Shown here one piece after another: positions 10,150 through 19,228 of a DNA stretch of 28,038 nt. Under the pieces are notes generated by a model. That model did not search any database and was not told the origin of the DNA. It was given only the letters and a program-made list of their open reading frames with translations. Position 1 is the stretch's first letter. Each line of letters begins with the position of its first letter. The stretch covers positions 62,001-90,038 of the forward strand of contig JBNGIO010005627.1 of the NCBI GenBank assembly GCA_049999805.1, in the 5' to 3' direction. Source of the stretch: Folioceros fuciformis (taxonomy: Eukaryota). The translations under genes were made by a program, and so were the position numbers.

Positions 10150-13098
10150 ATGTTGCACAGCCTTGCCTTTGTCGCAAGATGCAGCAGCGGTAGTTTTATG
10201 CAAGCTCGTGCTAGTGCTGCTGCAGCCAGGAAACTGCGTGTCCTGGTTACACGAACAGGAAGGAAGGGAGGATCTGCCTGCGATGAGGAGCGTGTGGAAG
10301 CTGCTGGAGATGGAAATGGAACTGCGCAACAGGGGAAGAAGAAAAGTTGGGTTGTGGAGGGCGAAGGTTTTGGGGCTTTGGAGAGCTTGGTGAATCGAGG
10401 GGATTACGTGCCTTCAGCACTGTGGTATTGTGTGCTGAAAAGTTGTGTTGGTAGGGAGAAGGCGGTGAGGGAGATCCATGGTCTGGTTGTGGGCAATGGG
10501 TACGGGTGTAGCGAGTTCTTGGTCAGCCATGTGATTCGGGAGTTTGCTCGTTGTGGGAGGGTGGAGGAGGCGAGGCAAGTGTTTGATAGGATGGTAGCGC
10601 CGAACGCGTATTTGTGGTCTTCTATTATCTATGCAAATGCTGAGCATGGGGATGCTGCGGACGCCATAGCGTTGTACAGGAGGATGCGAGAGACGGGGGA
10701 GGTCGGGGACAGCCACGTGCTTGTAGCGGTGCTGAAGGCATGCAGCAGGAGAGGGGACTTGAAAGTGGGGAGGGAGCTGCATGTAGATATCTTGAGGAGC
10801 TTGCTGGAGTCTGATGGATTTGTGCAAAGCTGCCTGGTGGATATGTACGTGAAGTGTGGAAGCTTGGGGGATGCCCGCATGGTGTTTGATGGATTGAAGG
10901 TGAGGAATGTGGTGACTTGGAATGCTATGCTTGCAGGGTATGTGCTGCATGGGCAGGGTGAGGAAGTACTCGCTCTGTATGGGGGAATGGAGGAAGAAAT
11001 GAGGAGCAAGGCTGATGGTTTCACGTTTTCCTGTGTGCTGAAAGCGTGCGGAAGCACAGGGGAATTGACGTTGGGGAGGGAGGTTCATGTTCGGGCTTTG
11101 GAGAGTGGTATGGAAGGGGATGTGGTTCTGGGGAGCTGCCTGGTGGATATGTATGTGAGATGTGGGAGCTTGGGTGATGCCCGCCGGGTGCTCGATGGGA
11201 TGGGCAGACGGGATGTGGTGATCTGGACTACCATGCTTGCAGGGTATGCCGAGCGTGGGTTGGGTCAGGAGGCACTGGCACTGTATGCAGATATGGACGA
11301 GAAAGGATTAGCCGCAGCTGATAATGTGATGTTTGTTTGTCTCCTACGGGCGTGTGGCTGCATTGGAGCTTTGGAACAGGGGAGGCTGATACACGCTCGA
11401 GTTGAGGAACAGGGATGGGGAGATGATGTGGCTGTGGGGAGCTGTCTGGTGGACATGTATTCAAAGTGTGGGAACTTGGATGAGGCATGTCTGGTGTTTG
11501 AACATTTGTTGATGAAAGACGTGGTGACTTGGACTGCCATGGTTGTTGCTTATGTTGAGCAAGGACTTGCACAGGAGGCTCTTGTGCTTTATGCGAGTAT
11601 GTTGCAGGAGAGCGTCACCCCTGTTGATTCCATTGCCTTTGCGTCCCTCCTAAAGGCTTGTGGCAGCTTGCGAGCGCTAGAGCATGGAAGGCAGCTCCAT
11701 GGACAGCTTCACGTGAAAGGCTTGGCAGGTGATCCCATTCTGGGGAGCTGTCTGGTGGATATGTATACGAAATGTGGTTGTGTTGATGAGGCTTCTAGGG
11801 TGTTTGACAGTCTGACCTCGAAGACGGGTGTGACATGGACTGCCATGATCTCAGGATTTGCAGATCTTGGGCTTGTTCAAGAGTCGTTTACTCTGTATGC
11901 TAGAATGCAAGAGGAGAGATTGACTCCATTGGATAGTGTACTGTATGTGTGCCTCCTCAAGGCCTGTGCCAGGATTGGGGCGTTAGATCAGGGGAGGCAA
12001 CTTCACCTGCAGATTCAGGAACAGCCTTTTGAAATGGATGTGCTTGTCGGGAGCTGCCTGGTGTACATGTATGCAAAATGTGGGAGCTTAATCGAGGCCC
12101 GCAGGGTATTTGACAGTTTATCCAAGAAGGATGTTGTGACATGGACTGTGCTGCTTGTGGGATATGTTGAGCAAGGCCTTGGACAGGAAGCCCTCGCACT
12201 TTATGCAAGTATGAACCAGGAGGGCATTACCCCAGCTGATTCTGTGGCCTTTGCATCCGTCCTTAAAGCTTGTGGCAGCATCGGAGCACTAGACCAGGGA
12301 AGGCAGCTCCACATTCAGATTCGGGAGAAGGGGCTGGAAGCGGATTTGGTCATAGGTAGCGGTCTGGTGGACCTGTATGCAAAATGTGGGAGCTTGGATG
12401 ACGCCTCCAATTTGTTCAACAGCTTGGCCATGAAAGATGTGGTTACATGGAATGCAATGCTCACAGGATACGCGCAGCATGGTTTGGGCCAAGAGGCTGT
12501 GCAATGTTTCGAGAGCATGCAGCTTGCTGGTATTCATCCCAATGGAATCACGTTTCTCTCACTCATATCGGCTTGTAGTCATGCCGGCCTAGTAGACAAA
12601 GGTTGGGAGTACTTTGAAGCCATGACCTCTCGTCATGGATTGCATCCAGACATTGATCACTACGTAACTATGATAGACCTTCTGGGGCGTGCAGGATACT
12701 TCACAGTGGTAGAGAATCTGCTGTCAAGCATGCCATTACACCCCAACTTGTCCACGTGGATGTGTGTGCTATCTGCCTGTCGAAAGCATGGCAACATTAT
12801 CTTGGCCGAGCGGGCTTTTCATGAGGCAGTGAGTCTTGAATCAAAGCATTCTGCCGCGTACGTACTAATGTCGCAGATCTATGCTGCTGCTGGCCTTTTT
12901 GACAAGGCAAGGATGGTGGAGGACTGGAGAAGAAGGGAAGGTGCATGGAAGGAGCCAGGCAGGACGTGGGTCAACATTGGTGAGGAGGACCACACTTTTC
13001 TCGTGGGAGATGGCAGCCACCCAGACCATGAACAACTGTGTGACCTGCTGCAAGATTTAAGCGTAATGCTGAGGAAGGGAGCCAGGCTACCAACGTAG
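10150..13098 (+). CDS. PLS-class PPR protein (PPR 2), E+ type, intronless, with a likely N-terminal transit peptide
   Basis: The long ORF 10135-13098 has its first ATG at 10150 (MLHSLAFVARCSSGSFMQARASAAAARKLR, rich in Ala/Ser/Arg). It has repeated PLS triplets, DHYVTMIDLLGRAG, E1/E2 and PGRTWVNIG...HTFLVGDGSHP, then stops before the HxE/CxxC deaminase core. Confidence 0.93.
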   Translation: MLHSLAFVARCSSGSFMQARASAAAARKLRVLVTRTGRKGGSACDEERVEAAGDGNGTAQQGKKKSWVVEGEGFGALESLVNRGDYVPSALWYCVLKSCVGREKAVREIHGLVVGNGYGCSEFLVSHVIREFARCGRVEEARQVFDRMVAPNAYLWSSIIYANAEHGDAADAIALYRRMRETGEVGDSHVLVAVLKACSRRGDLKVGRELHVDILRSLLESDGFVQSCLVDMYVKCGSLGDARMVFDGLKVRNVVTWNAMLAGYVLHGQGEEVLALYGGMEEEMRSKADGFTFSCVLKACGSTGELTLGREVHVRALESGMEGDVVLGSCLVDMYVRCGSLGDARRVLDGMGRRDVVIWTTMLAGYAERGLGQEALALYADMDEKGLAAADNVMFVCLLRACGCIGALEQGRLIHARVEEQGWGDDVAVGSCLVDMYSKCGNLDEACLVFEHLLMKDVVTWTAMVVAYVEQGLAQEALVLYASMLQESVTPVDSIAFASLLKACGSLRALEHGRQLHGQLHVKGLAGDPILGSCLVDMYTKCGCVDEASRVFDSLTSKTGVTWTAMISGFADLGLVQESFTLYARMQEERLTPLDSVLYVCLLKACARIGALDQGRQLHLQIQEQPFEMDVLVGSCLVYMYAKCGSLIEARRVFDSLSKKDVVTWTVLLVGYVEQGLGQEALALYASMNQEGITPADSVAFASVLKACGSIGALDQGRQLHIQIREKGLEADLVIGSGLVDLYAKCGSLDDASNLFNSLAMKDVVTWNAMLTGYAQHGLGQEAVQCFESMQLAGIHPNGITFLSLISACSHAGLVDKGWEYFEAMTSRHGLHPDIDHYVTMIDLLGRAGYFTVVENLLSSMPLHPNLSTWMCVLSACRKHGNIILAERAFHEAVSLESKHSAAYVLMSQIYAAAGLFDKARMVEDWRRREGAWKEPGRTWVNIGEEDHTFLVGDGSHPDHEQLCDLLQDLSVMLRKGARLPT

Positions 13099-13498
13099 TC
13101 GAGAAAGTTAACAATCCTTCCTTGTATCCACGAACACTTGGATGGCTTGGAGTATTAAATTTGGGAATAATGATACTGTTTTAACCGAGAGAACTTTCTC
13201 AGCGCGCAATTGCCACGCCGTGCAGGATAGTTTCCGACCAACAAAGCCCCAAGTTCAGGAGTTATTTACTGCTTGAATAGACAATCTCTTGGCAAAGGAG
13301 ATTCGGATTCACACCAGGGTGCAGGACTGTGTGTACGGCAAATAATGCACTTGGATAGAGACGCTCTTGGCACAGCTGTTTTCCTTCTAGAAGTGTGGCA
13401 CGCGTGCTCAAAAGTTCGTCCAGACATACCTTTCGTGTTGCTACATGGCAGTGCACTACAAAGAGCACGAAGGATTGCCGAGCTCTGTGATCTTGCAG

Positions 13499-15679
13499 AT
13501 GGGTTGGCTACCGTTGTTGTCTGGCGTAGCACAGATAATGCCATTGCTGCTTGTTTCAGCAGTGGTCTCTATAGTAACGTTATGGTGGTGCTGTAGCTAC
13601 GGGTACATCAGCTTTCGGGATGGTTGGCCCATGCTCAGCCTGAAACCTCTGAAGCTGCCCCCAGGCACCATGGGATGGCCTTTCGTCGGAGAAACTTTGG
13701 ACCTCCTCAAGGACCCCAACGGCTTCTTAAATGAACGTGCGAGGAGGTGAGTTCGTATTTCCACTTAGCTTGGATTCATGAATCTTGAGCGGCAAACAAA
13801 GAGAAGATGTAACAATGAGGATGTCATATTCTTGGTTGTAGATACGGGGAGATGTACAAGACCCACCTGATAGGCTGGCCGACTGTGGTCACCACGTCTG
13901 CAGAGGCTTTTAAGTTCGTGATGGTGACGAAGTCGGAAGAGTTGAAGCCCCTATATCCCAAGCCCATAGCTTTTGTTCTTGGACCCAACTATGTGAACTT
14001 CCTTTCGGGAGATTTGCATGCCCAGACACGAAAATTGCATCTCAGACATCTGCTTCCTGGGGCACTCAAGGATATGGTCGCAGGCGTTGAAGAGCTGGCT
14101 CTTATGACCCTCAATTCCTGGGCACCCGAGTCCATGCTTCCGTCCTTCGTCCACGAAGTTCAGCAGGTAGGCAATCTGGTTCATTGACTGTACTTGCACC
14201 AATTGGCTTGCAGCAACATGACTTGCCATCACTAATGTACCGCATTCTTGGTGCATCTCCAGTTCACGCTCGGGGTTGGCATGTTCATCGTGTTCGGGTT
14301 GGAATGTCGGACACCAGAGGTGCAGGAGCTTGCTGCTTTCTACTCTGAGATGGAAAGAGGATTCACATCCGTCCTCACCATCAATCTTCCTGGCTTCCAA
14401 TGGCGCAAGACCCTCCAAGTAACAGGGATACATTCTTGTTGAACTTCTGGATGTTGAACATTGTAGGAAGGAACGTAGCCCACTGTAGGTCTGTCAAATC
14501 GCTCAACTATAACCTCGATCTGCTGTAGGCCCGACGAGTAGTTGTGTCCAAGATCAATGAGCTTGCGCGGAGACGGCGTGCAAAGAGCGAAATGGCAAAG
14601 GTCTCGGCGCGCAGTGATCTCTTGGACTCGTTTCTGAGGGTAGCTGACTCATCGCTGGAAGATCCCTTGAGTGATGGTGTGTTGGCAGATAACGTCGTCG
14701 GTCTCCTGTTCGCCTCCAACAGTACAACAGCTGCTACTCTTTCGTGGATTCTCAAGTTTCTCCACGACAACCCCCCTCTCCTTGCAGCTGTCAAGGTGCG
14801 TCCCAGCTTAAAAGCAATGCAACAGGACTTAGCAAACCGTACAGAATCACCAGATGAAGATGATGGTGCATGAGCAGGCTGAGCAGGACAGCATCAGAGA
14901 AAGGAAAGGCGCGGATGAACCTCTCACCTGGGATGACTTGAAGGACATGGAGCTCTCCCCGAAGGTACTTAACACAGGCCCATGCCTACTTACTTCCGTC
15001 CCCTGGGGACGAGCATCCGATCTGAAGGTGGGGGACGTGTCCCTCAGGTGATGCAGGAGGCTCTACGATTAGCCCACGTGATCTCCGACGTGATTGTCCG
15101 TGAGGCTGTGGTTGATGTGAAATTCAAAGGTAAAACCCATTTCGTATGGTTGTTGAAACTTTGCCACAGAGCAATTCTCATCTGTTCACTATGCTGCATA
15201 GGTTTCGTCATTCCCAGAGGCTGGAGAGTGAGACCCCTACTTACACACGTCCACATGGATCCGAACTTGTGGCCGGACCCAAACAAGTTCGATCCTTCAC
15301 GATTTGAGGTGAGATCCAATGCAGCAGCTACAACCTTGGGACAAACGTGCCTAAGCTGATACGCATGTCCAATGCTCTTGGCTAGGCACCACAAAGGGGT
15401 ACCGTGTACGCACCCTTTGGAGCAGGAGAGCATCAGTGTGTTGGAAATGAGCTGGCCAGAGTGGAGGTTCTTGTCTTCCTTCACCATCTCGTCACCAAGT
15501 TCAGGTCAGTCGACGACGATACCGTTGCCTCGCTCGTCAGCCAGTGCTTTCACCAGTTTCGTCTCACTTGCAGGTTTATCTTGTGTAGGTGGCAGGTCTT
15601 GGAGGACGGGCCGATCATGAAGCTTCCTTTTAATTCACCGTACAAGGGTCTACCGCTCAAGATCAAACGCATAGAGTAG
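13499..15679 (+). CDS. Cytochrome P450 3, CYP85 clan, CYP707-like, closest paralog of P450 2; exons 13499-13746, 13842-14166, 14263-14418, 14529-14795, 14878-14964, 15048-15129, 15202-15308, 15386-15504, 15589-15679
   Basis: [10 protein letters not shown]-helix [26 protein letters not shown] and heme motif [10 protein letters not shown]. Same intron positions as the other two P450s. An alternative in-frame ATG lies at 13445. Confidence 0.92.
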
Positions 15680-16038
15680 AGATAATGTCTGCCAGCGTTG
15701 CTCCCGCTGTCACGAGACATGCATCCGCGCTTTGACTCACCGGATGCGTATTCTATTCCTACAAACATGGATGCGTGCAAGCTTGCACTTGTAACCCCCT
15801 CCGAAATCTTTCTCTTAAGACGTACGGTCCCTCACCGCTTCGGACATACTAGCCAGAGCTTCAAGTCTCGAAAGATCTGTATGAACGGATAGCACCCCGT
15901 GCCTACCTTACCCCCGGGCTGCAGCACGTTGCAGGAGAACCAGCCTGCTGTACAAGGCAACGCACGAAGAGCTCCCAAAATATCCTCTGCCTGAACAACT
16001 TGAGCAAGCCCACGGGGTAGGATGCGCTGGATAGCCTT

Positions 16039-18876
16039 ATGGGTCGTACTGCACTGATATTCCAGTCGACCGTGCCTGCAGGTTACGAAAGGAGTGTAAC
16101 GGCTGAGACCGTAAGGAATCTATGCCATCAGGGGCGGCTCCCTGAAGCTGTCGAGGCTCTTGGAGTTCTGGCGCACACAAACTGTCGCATCTCCAGATCT
16201 CTGTTTTATATAGTGCTGAAGGAATGTGTGGGCAAGAAGGATCTTCCTCTTGGTCGGTTTGTTCATTCACTAACCGTGAAGGAGGGATATGAATCGGATA
16301 CGTTCCTGTGCAACCACATCCTGAGGATGTATGCTTCTCATGCCAGATTGCTAGAAGCTGAGGATGTCTTCACCACGGTTGCCGAGCCAGATGCCTTCAC
16401 GTGGTCCACCATGATATCAGCGTATGTTAAACATGGACAGGATAAGCAAGCTCTGCAATTGTATCGTCGCATGAGGATGTCACGTGAAAGGCCAGATGGG
16501 CATGTGTTCGTGGCAGCCCTTCAGGCTTGTGCAAGGGGTGGAGATTTGAAATCTGGGCAGCAGGTGCATGCTGATGTGTTGGCCAGTGGGGTGGAGCCTG
16601 ATTTGTTTGTGTATAGTTGCCTGGTGGACATGTACGCGAAGTGTGGGAGCTTGGAGGAAGCTCGAAAGGTTTTTGACGGACTGAGTGTAAAGAATGTAGT
16701 TACGTGGAATGCCATGATAGGAGGGTATTCGCAGCATGGCATTGGGGAGGAAGCCCTCAAGCTTTACGAGACTATGCAAGAAGAAGGCGTGGTTACACCC
16801 AGTTCTGTGACATTTGTGTCCCTCCTTCAGGCATGTGCAAGTTTAGGAAGCACGGCTTTAGAGACGGGGAAGCAGCTTCATGGACAGATTAGAGAACGAG
16901 GACTCCAAGATGATACAGTCGTTGGCGGGAGCTTAGTGAACATGTATGCAAAGTGTGGCAGCCTGGAGGATGCTCGTGAGGTGTTTGACGCACTTGTAGA
17001 AAAGAATGTGGTGACTTGGAATGCCATGCTCGCAGGGTATTCCCAGCAGGACATGGGGCAAGAGGCGCTTCGTCTCTACAGAGTCATGCAAGGAGAAGAC
17101 ATCGTTGAACTGGATTCGGTGACATTTGTGTGTCTACTGCAGGCATGTGCAAGTGTGGGCAGCTCAGCATTGGAGAAGGGGAGAGAGCTACATGCACAGA
17201 TCATAAAACGGGGCCTCCAAAATAATGTGTCAGTCGCAAACAGCTTGATAAACATGTTTGCTAAATGCGGCAGCTTAGAGGAGGCTGGGGGTGTGTTTGA
17301 TGGCCTTGGTGAAAGGAATGTGGTGACTTGGAGTGCCATGATAGCCGGATATTCCCAGCAGGGCATGGGGCAGGAAGCGCTTCGTATCTACAGGGCTATG
17401 GAAGAAGAAGGGTGTGTTACACCCAATTCTGTAACATTTGTGTTCCTACTGCAGGCATGCGCAAGTGTGGGCACTGCAGCATTGGAGAAGGGGAGGCAGC
17501 TTCATGCTCAAATCAGAGAACGAGGAGTTCAAGCTGATGTGTTTGTAGCCAGTAGTCTGGTGAACATGTATGCAAAGTGCGGCAGCCTAGAGGACGCTCA
17601 GTTTGTGTTTGACCAACTGAGTGAAAAGAACGTGGTGACATGGAATGCCATGATAGCAGCATACTCTCGGCAGGGCATGGGCCAGGAAGCCCTTCATCTT
17701 TACAGGGGTATGAAAGGAGAAGGCATTCTCCCGCCTGATTCTGTGACATTCGTGTGCCTCCTACAGGCATGTGGAAGTGTGGGCGCCCCGGCATTGGAAC
17801 AGGGAAAGCAGCTTCATGCGGAGATCAGGGAACGAGGCCTTCAAGCTGATGTCTTGTTAGCCAGCAGCTTGGTACACATGTACGCAAAGTGTGGCAGCTT
17901 AGAGAATGCTCAGCGCGTGTTTGACAGTCTAGCTCACAAAGATGTGGTCACGTGGAGCGACATGATAGCAGCACATTCCCAGAGGGGCATGGGCCAGGAA
18001 GCCCTTCGTCTCTACAGTGCCATGCAGGCTGATGGTATGCTCGCACCTGACGCTGTCACATTTGTATATCTGCTCCAGGCATGTGCAAATCTTGCAGCCT
18101 TGCAGGTGGGAAGGCAACTCCATGCACACATAAAGCAACAGGGGCTCCAAGCTGATCCGCTTCTAGCGGGTAGTCTGATGAACATGTATGCAAAGTGCGG
18201 TAGCATGGGTGATGCACGACAGGTGTTCGAGGCATTATCCGAACGAGATGACACAGCCTGGAATTGTCTGATTGCAGGATACGCCAATCAAGGAGACACT
18301 GAAGAGGTGTTTGAGTTGGTTGCCAGAATGAGAGAGGATGGCATTGAGCCAAATGGCCTCACGTTCCTCAGTGTCCTAACAGTGTGCAGTCACAGGGGTC
18401 TGGTGAACGAGGGTCGAGAGTACTTCGAGGCTATGAGCAGACATTACGGCATCACCCCCTCCACACAGCACTACTCGTGCATGGTGGATCTCCTTGGTCG
18501 TGCAGGACAACTGGATGAGGCTCTGGCTTTGGCAAGGGCAATGCCTGTACTGCCTGATTCTGCAGTCTGGCACACTCTTTTGGGTGCATGTCGAAAGTGG
18601 AGGAATGTGGAGGTGGGATGCCATGCTTTCCATGAAGCAACCAAGCTGCACAGCAAAGATGCTGCAGCATTTGTCTTGATGTCCAGAGTGTACACAAGCG
18701 TCCAGATGTGGGAGCAGGCGGAAAAGATGCAGGCCAGGAGGAAAACTGTAAGGGCATGGGATCACCCAGGCCACAGCTGGTGGACTGACATGCAAGGATT
18801 GGTGCACAGTTTTCTGGTTAGGAGTAACGGCAGTCGTGAACCACTAACTAGTTTTCACCTCGTGACAGGAGAGTGA
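16039..18876 (+). CDS. PLS-class PPR protein (PPR 3), E/E+ type, 945 aa, paralog of PPR 1; 5' end uncertain
   Basis: About 23 P/L/S motifs, QHYSCMVDLLGRAG, E1/E2 and PGHSWWTD...HSF before the stop. The N-terminal and C-terminal blocks align closely with PPR 1. Confidence 0.92.
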   Translation: MGRTALIFQSTVPAGYERSVTAETVRNLCHQGRLPEAVEALGVLAHTNCRISRSLFYIVLKECVGKKDLPLGRFVHSLTVKEGYESDTFLCNHILRMYASHARLLEAEDVFTTVAEPDAFTWSTMISAYVKHGQDKQALQLYRRMRMSRERPDGHVFVAALQACARGGDLKSGQQVHADVLASGVEPDLFVYSCLVDMYAKCGSLEEARKVFDGLSVKNVVTWNAMIGGYSQHGIGEEALKLYETMQEEGVVTPSSVTFVSLLQACASLGSTALETGKQLHGQIRERGLQDDTVVGGSLVNMYAKCGSLEDAREVFDALVEKNVVTWNAMLAGYSQQDMGQEALRLYRVMQGEDIVELDSVTFVCLLQACASVGSSALEKGRELHAQIIKRGLQNNVSVANSLINMFAKCGSLEEAGGVFDGLGERNVVTWSAMIAGYSQQGMGQEALRIYRAMEEEGCVTPNSVTFVFLLQACASVGTAALEKGRQLHAQIRERGVQADVFVASSLVNMYAKCGSLEDAQFVFDQLSEKNVVTWNAMIAAYSRQGMGQEALHLYRGMKGEGILPPDSVTFVCLLQACGSVGAPALEQGKQLHAEIRERGLQADVLLASSLVHMYAKCGSLENAQRVFDSLAHKDVVTWSDMIAAHSQRGMGQEALRLYSAMQADGMLAPDAVTFVYLLQACANLAALQVGRQLHAHIKQQGLQADPLLAGSLMNMYAKCGSMGDARQVFEALSERDDTAWNCLIAGYANQGDTEEVFELVARMREDGIEPNGLTFLSVLTVCSHRGLVNEGREYFEAMSRHYGITPSTQHYSCMVDLLGRAGQLDEALALARAMPVLPDSAVWHTLLGACRKWRNVEVGCHAFHEATKLHSKDAAAFVLMSRVYTSVQMWEQAEKMQARRKTVRAWDHPGHSWWTDMQGLVHSFLVRSNGSREPLTSFHLVTGE

Positions 18877-19228
18877 ATTTAACGTGAGTATGGCGTAAAT
18901 GCCACGGTCAAAATTCTTCCGTTCATACCGAAACAGCAGAATACTTGAATGGTTCGCTTAGTCAACTCACTTAAAGGCGTGCCCACTTCCGGACCCTACC
19001 TCCGCGTCACACGTCTGGACTGCAAGCTCTTGGCACTACTGACAGGCAAACAGGTACCAGCCAAGGAGCCGGCGTAGACGTGCTCCTCTTCCCCGCCTAC
19101 AGACTAATGGCCCAGGAAATCAAAGAATGCATAATCACAAAGCGATCTACCTACTGCCAACGGTGCATAATGAAGATTTAGTTGAGATTTAGTCTCCAAG
19201 GTAACTTTGGAGGCGAAGTTGACTGCGA

